This document shows, piece by piece, positions 59,030 to 64,000 of a stretch of DNA of 64,000 bases (its first letter is position 1; every line of letters starts with the position of its first letter). Made by a program: the position numbers and the translations under genes. Origin of the DNA: the human T2T-CHM13v2.0 reference genome, Homo sapiens. The stretch lies in assembly GCF_009914755.1 (NCBI RefSeq), contig NC_060935.1. One strand, given 5' to 3'. The notes below the pieces were generated by a model. It saw only the letters and a program-made list of their open reading frames with translations. It did no database searches and had not been told where the DNA came from.

Positions 59030-60110
59030 TATTTTTTACATTTATTTTTATTGTATATATTCATGGTGGACAACATGGTGTTGTGGTAAATATGTACACA
59101 ACTGAAATGATGGCTACAATTAATATCTCCAAAACTTTCCATGGTTCCCTTTTGTATGTGTGTGTATGAGTGTGTGTGCATGAGTGTGTTTGTATAAGTG
59201 TGTTTATGAGTCCGTATGCATATGTATGTGTGTGTTTGTATGATTATGTGTGTATGAGTGTGTGTAAGGTGTGTTTTAATTGTGTGTGTGTGAGACTGAG
59301 TGTGTGTATTTATGTGTGTGTATGAGTGTGAGTGTGTGTGTGTATGATGCGTGTGTGTGTATGTGTGTGTGGTAAGAGTACCTGGAGTCTTCTCTCAGCA
59401 CACTTGCAGCACACAGCACCTGTCACCGGTAGTCCTTGCACTGTGCACTTGACTGCTCGGCTCCCTCTCCTACACAACTGCAAGCCCTTGACCTCCTCCT
59501 CCCCCTTTCCTTCTTCCTCCAGACCCTGGTAACCACTGTTCTAGTCTATGTTTCTATGTATTTGACTTTTTCAAAATGTGGAATATATACATACATCTAT
59601 ATATGTATATATGGAATATTCCTCAGCTTTCAAAAGAAGGAGATCTGGTTACTTACAACAACATGGACGAATCTGGAGAACATTACACAGGGTGAAAAGA
59701 GGCAGACACAGAAAGACAGACACCACATGCTCTCCCTCACACATGGAGTATACAGGAGTGAAACTCACAGAAGCACAGAGTGCAAGCACGGGAACCACAG
59801 GCAGGGAAAGGGGAAATGAGGAGGTGCTAGTCCAGGGATCCAAAGCTTCAGTTCTACAAGATGAATAAGGCTTGGAGACCCAATACATAGCAAAGTGACC
59901 ACAGGTAACAACACGGTGTTTAGTGTGTACTTAAAATGTACTGAGAGGGTAGATCCTAAATGTTCTCACCACCAAGAAAAGAGAGAGAGAGAGCTATGTG
60001 AAGTGGCGGATATCTTAATTATCTTGACTGTGGTGATTATTTCACAACGTAGACATATATGAGATCATCGAATTGTATGTCTTACATTATACACAATAAA
60101 AAATAATAAA
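59030..60110. mobile_element. Two old L1MA/MB 3' ends in opposite orientation
   Basis: Antisense 3'UTR ~59030-59570 abutting a sense 3' end ~59573-60110. Confidence 0.65.
59153..59371. repeat. Compound (TG)n/(TATG)n microsatellite
   Basis: ~220 bp of interrupted TG repeats. Confidence 0.95.
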
Positions 60111-60913
60111 AACAACCCCCAGTGCCAGGCCCTACAGGCACGCCCACCCAACCCTCTTGCTTGCACATACAATGTATAAAAGAATAGATGCACATACATG
60201 ATTGGGTATTGTTACCAATTAGAATTTTATTATCCACATTTCTTTGCAACTTAATTTTTTTCACTAAAACCTGTAACATGGTTGCCTCTCCTAGGAAGTA
60301 GATCTGGGTATAAGTCTATGTTTCTTTATGCATATGCATATTCCTATATATGAAATTTTTCCATAAGTAAGATCACACATACTGGTCTCACTTTTCATTG
60401 CCATTTTCTTTTTGTTGATTCCTACACACCTTCCCCACTCCACCCAGCCACTGTCCTATGTACCTCCAGGCACACACTCAACATATGTGTAAGAGATATT
60501 TTTATTGTTTGCTACTAAAGTAAGATCCTGCTGTGCTCATTTCCCTGCATCTACATTTCACATTAGCCAGAGCCTTGAGGCTCCAAGTCCACTGGTACAG
60601 CTGCAATCTAATATTTTACTGGGCATTACTTTCAGTATTCATTTTCAATTTGCTAGGATTCTTTTTCTGACACTGCAAACAATGTATCATACACATATAT
60701 GTATACATAAATATGTTTACATTTAATCTTATTTTCAGTAATTTCAAGACTAATAGTATTGATATTACCTAATTTTATTAGATATTGTTTTCAAAAAATA
60801 CTATAATAAATTATATCCCCTGAACAATGTAAAACAGTGCCTTTTGCCCGCAATTCCACTAGCAATAGGTGTTATTATTCTTGTTAATTTTTGCCAGTCT
60901 AGTAGATATAAAA

Positions 60914-61351
60914 TGTTGCAGGTAACCACTAACTGGGGCCACTGGCGTGGGCAGTAAAGGAATTTACCAAGACAATTGTAGGTAAGGAAAGGCAGATTTA
61001 TTAGAGAATGTAGGAAAATACGTTGCAAGAATGGAAAGGGCAGGTCAGCAAGGGAGGAGCTGGCTGCCAGGAGACAAAGGCTTGCTGGGGATTTTAGAGG
61101 ATGGTGCTTGTGCCGGAGAGGGTTACATGCAGTGCTGATAATGCCAAGGTTTCAGTGAGCTAACCTGCATTTTTCTGTCAACTGAGGTCATAAGTTGAGT
61201 GCAGGAAGATTGTGAGTTATGTGAGTTATTTGCGCAGGAGGGCTAAGTCCTGCACCATGAAGAAAGGCAGACTTGTAGTTCATCTACCTTCTCTTTTTGC
61301 TTTCCCTTGGTCCAACCAACCTGGCTCCTTTTCCATCATTAGGACTCCACA
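60914..61351 (-). mobile_element. Solo ERV LTR (LTR47-like), same family as 9540-9987
   Basis: Minus-strand start TGTGGAGTCCTAATGATGGAAAAGGAGCCAGG; TSD TAAAA/GAAAA. Confidence 0.75.
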
Positions 61352-61506
61352 GAAAATTCCCATGTATCTGACCACCAGGGAGTTTGATTTACTTTTTATA
61401 TTTTTAATTGCACATTTCCATTTGTTTATCAGAGAGTCATCTTTTTAAAAACTTGGTTGTTTGTCTTCTACTTGTCAATTTGTCAGAGCTACTAATGTTT
61501 TATAGA

Positions 61507-61797
61507 TTTTTTATTTTGAGACAGGTTCTTACTCTGTTGCTGGAGTACAGAGGCAAAATGTCAGCTCACTGCAACCTCTGCCTCCTGGGTTCAAGCAATT
61601 CTCCAGTCTCAGCCTCCCAAGTAGCTGTAATTACAGGCATGCCCCACCACCATGCCCAGCTAGTTTTTGTATTTTTAGTAGAGATGCGGTTTCACCATGT
61701 TGGCCTGGCTGGTCTCGAACTCCTGGCCTCATGTGATCTGCCTGGTTCGAACTCCCAAAGTGCTGGGATTATAGGCATGAGCCATCATGTTCAGCCA
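61507..61797 (-). mobile_element. Alu, diverged
   Basis: Antisense Alu; flanking repeat AATGTTTTATAGATT. Confidence 0.88.
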
Positions 61798-61954
61798 ATG
61801 TTTTATAGATTATAGAACTAATAAATGAATCCAGCAAGTTTTTAGAATACAGGACCAATATATAAAAATCAATTGTATTTCTACTCACTTGCAAATCTGA
61901 AAGTGACAAAACACTGTTGAAAGAAACTGAAGAAGATCTAAAACATCCCAGATT

Positions 61955-62385
61955 TGTTGTGGACTGAATATTTATGTTCTTTCAAATTCATATGTTGAAT
62001 CCATCACTCCTATTGTGGCTGTGTATGGAGACGAGTTCTCTAAGGAAGAAATTAAGGTTACATAAGGTCATAAGGGCTTCCATAGAATTTGCATCTTCAT
62101 AAGAAGAGACACCAGGGAGCATGTGCCTCTGTCTCTCTCTCTCTTTCTCTCTCTCTCTCTTCCTCCCTCCATCTCTTTCTCTCTCCACACACAAAGGAAA
62201 GGCCATGTGAGCAAAGAGTGGGAAAGCAGCCATCTGCAACCCAAGGAGAGAGCCCTCACCAGAAACTAAATTTGCTGGCACCCGATCTTGGACTTCTGAT
62301 CTCCAGAATTGTGAGAAAATAAATGCCTGTTGTTTGAGCCACCAAATCTGTGGTATTTTGTTATGGCAGCCCAAGCAGACTGATG
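61955..62385 (+). mobile_element. MLT1A/B-like LTR with (TC)n
   Basis: TGTTGTGGACTGAAT...CTCCAGAATTGTGAGAAAATAAATGCCTGTTG...GTTATGGCAGCCCAAGC. Confidence 0.8.
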
Positions 62386-62567
62386 TTCATGTATCAGAAG
62401 ACTTAACATTTTTCAGATGGCAATATCCCCAAAATTGATCTACAGAGTCTATAATCTCTATCAGGAAAGCAGCTGGCTTCTTTGCAGATATTCACAGGCT
62501 GATTCTAAAGTTCGTGTGGAATCTCAAGGGACCCTGAATAGCTAAAACAATGTTAAAAAGAAGAACA

Positions 62568-62880
<313 letters not shown>

Positions 62881-63439
62881 ACAGAAGAACAATGTTGGAG
62901 GGCTCACACTTGCCAATTTGAAAACTTACTACAAAGCTGCAATCATCAAGGCAGTTTAGTACTGGCATTAGAATAGATGTATTAAACCAGTGGAATAGAA
63001 TTGAGAGCCAGAAATAAACCCTCGTGTAGATGACCAACTGATTTTTGACAGAGTGCCAGATTATTCAATGGAGGAAGAGCAGTACTTCAACAAATGGTGC
63101 TGGGAAACTAGACATCCACATGCACAGGAATGAGCTGAACCCCTACCTCACACCACAATAATTAATTCAAAATCGGTCCAAAGGCCTACATGTAAGAGTC
63201 AAATCTATAAAACTATTTAAAGAAAACATGACCTGGATTTAGCATGGATTGATAGATAGGACACCAAAAGGGCCAGCAACAAAAGAAAAATACAAATACA
63301 TTGGATGTCATCAAAAGTTAAATATTTTTGAATCAAAGGATACTATCAACAAAGTGAAAGAACAATCTACATAAAGGAAGAAAAGATTTACAAATCAGAT
63401 ATCTGATAAGCGTCTAGCATCTAGAGTATATAAAGAACT

Positions 63440-64000
63440 TTTTCTTCAACTTTTATTTGAGAATCAAGCAGTACATGTGCAGATTTGTCACATGGATATA
63501 TTGTGTGATGCTGAGGTTTGGAGTAGTGACTGTAGTACCCAATAGTTTTTCAGCCCTTGCCGCCTCCCTCCTTTCCTCCCTCCTCTTGTTCCCCAGTGTC
63601 TATGGTTTTCATCTTTATGTCCATGTGGACTCAATGTTTAGCTCTCACCTATAAGTGAGAATATGTGGGATTTGGTTTTCTGCTTCTGCATTAGTTCTCT
63701 TAGGATAATGGCCTCCAGCTGCATATTGCCGCAAAAGATATTACTTCATTCTTTTTTATAGCTGTGTAGTATTCCATGGTGTGTATGTACCACATTTTCT
63801 TTATCCAATCCACCATTGATGGGCACCTGGGTTGATTCCACATCTGTGCTTCTGTGAATAGCACTGCAATGAACATATGGATGCATGTGTCTTTTTGGTA
63901 GATTGATTTATTTTCCTTTGGGTATATACCCAATAATGAGATTGCTGGGTCAAATAGTAGTTCAATTCTTAGCTCTTTGAGGAATCTCCAAACTGCTCTC
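63440..64000 (-). mobile_element. L1PA/L1PB 3' end, continuing beyond the window
   Basis: Minus ORF GIYPKENKSIYQKDTCIHMFIAVLFT...WNQPRCPSMVDWIKKMWYIHTMEYY matches the ORF2 C-terminus. Confidence 0.9.

Noticed and set aside
57750-59030. GC-rich unique segment with several 100-150-aa ORFs
   Set aside because: No recognisable homology, splice pattern or structure that I can support from sequence alone.

Overview
Human genomic DNA (Alu/L1PA/ERV-rich, including a human-specific-type AluYa5), recognised from memory of the encoded proteins as the 11q13.4 NADSYN1-KRTAP5 interval. On the + strand it holds the last three coding exons and poly(A) signal of NADSYN1 (459-4499) and three intronless ultra-high-sulfur keratin-associated protein genes: KRTAP5-7 (30315-30842), KRTAP5-8 (41110-41694) and KRTAP5-9 (51735-52244). 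The rest is mostly repeats: an S100A11 processed pseudogene carrying a HERV-H LTR7, all inside a hAT/Charlie fossil; a full-length, dead L1PA4-like element; a two-LTR MST MaLR element; a HERV-K LTR5 solo LTR; a nested ERV-LTR stack at 43.7-49.7 kb; about 20 Alus; and three large minisatellites. Most long ORFs in the track are repeat artefacts. I found no convincing new protein-coding system. The best leads are non-coding hypotheses: (i) two adjacent minisatellites with mutually complementary cores just past the NADSYN1 poly(A) site; (ii) a 35-bp VNTR built from a 5' splice site, with a 166-bp higher-order period; (iii) an LTR7 promoter aimed antisense into the S100A11 retrocopy; (iv) an acceptor-preceded, in-frame 80-codon extension of KRTAP5-9; (v) repeat-length alleles of KRTAP5-7 and 5-8. 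Repeat subfamily names come from recalled consensus sequences and need RepeatMasker/Dfam confirmation. Boundaries of old repeats are approximate.
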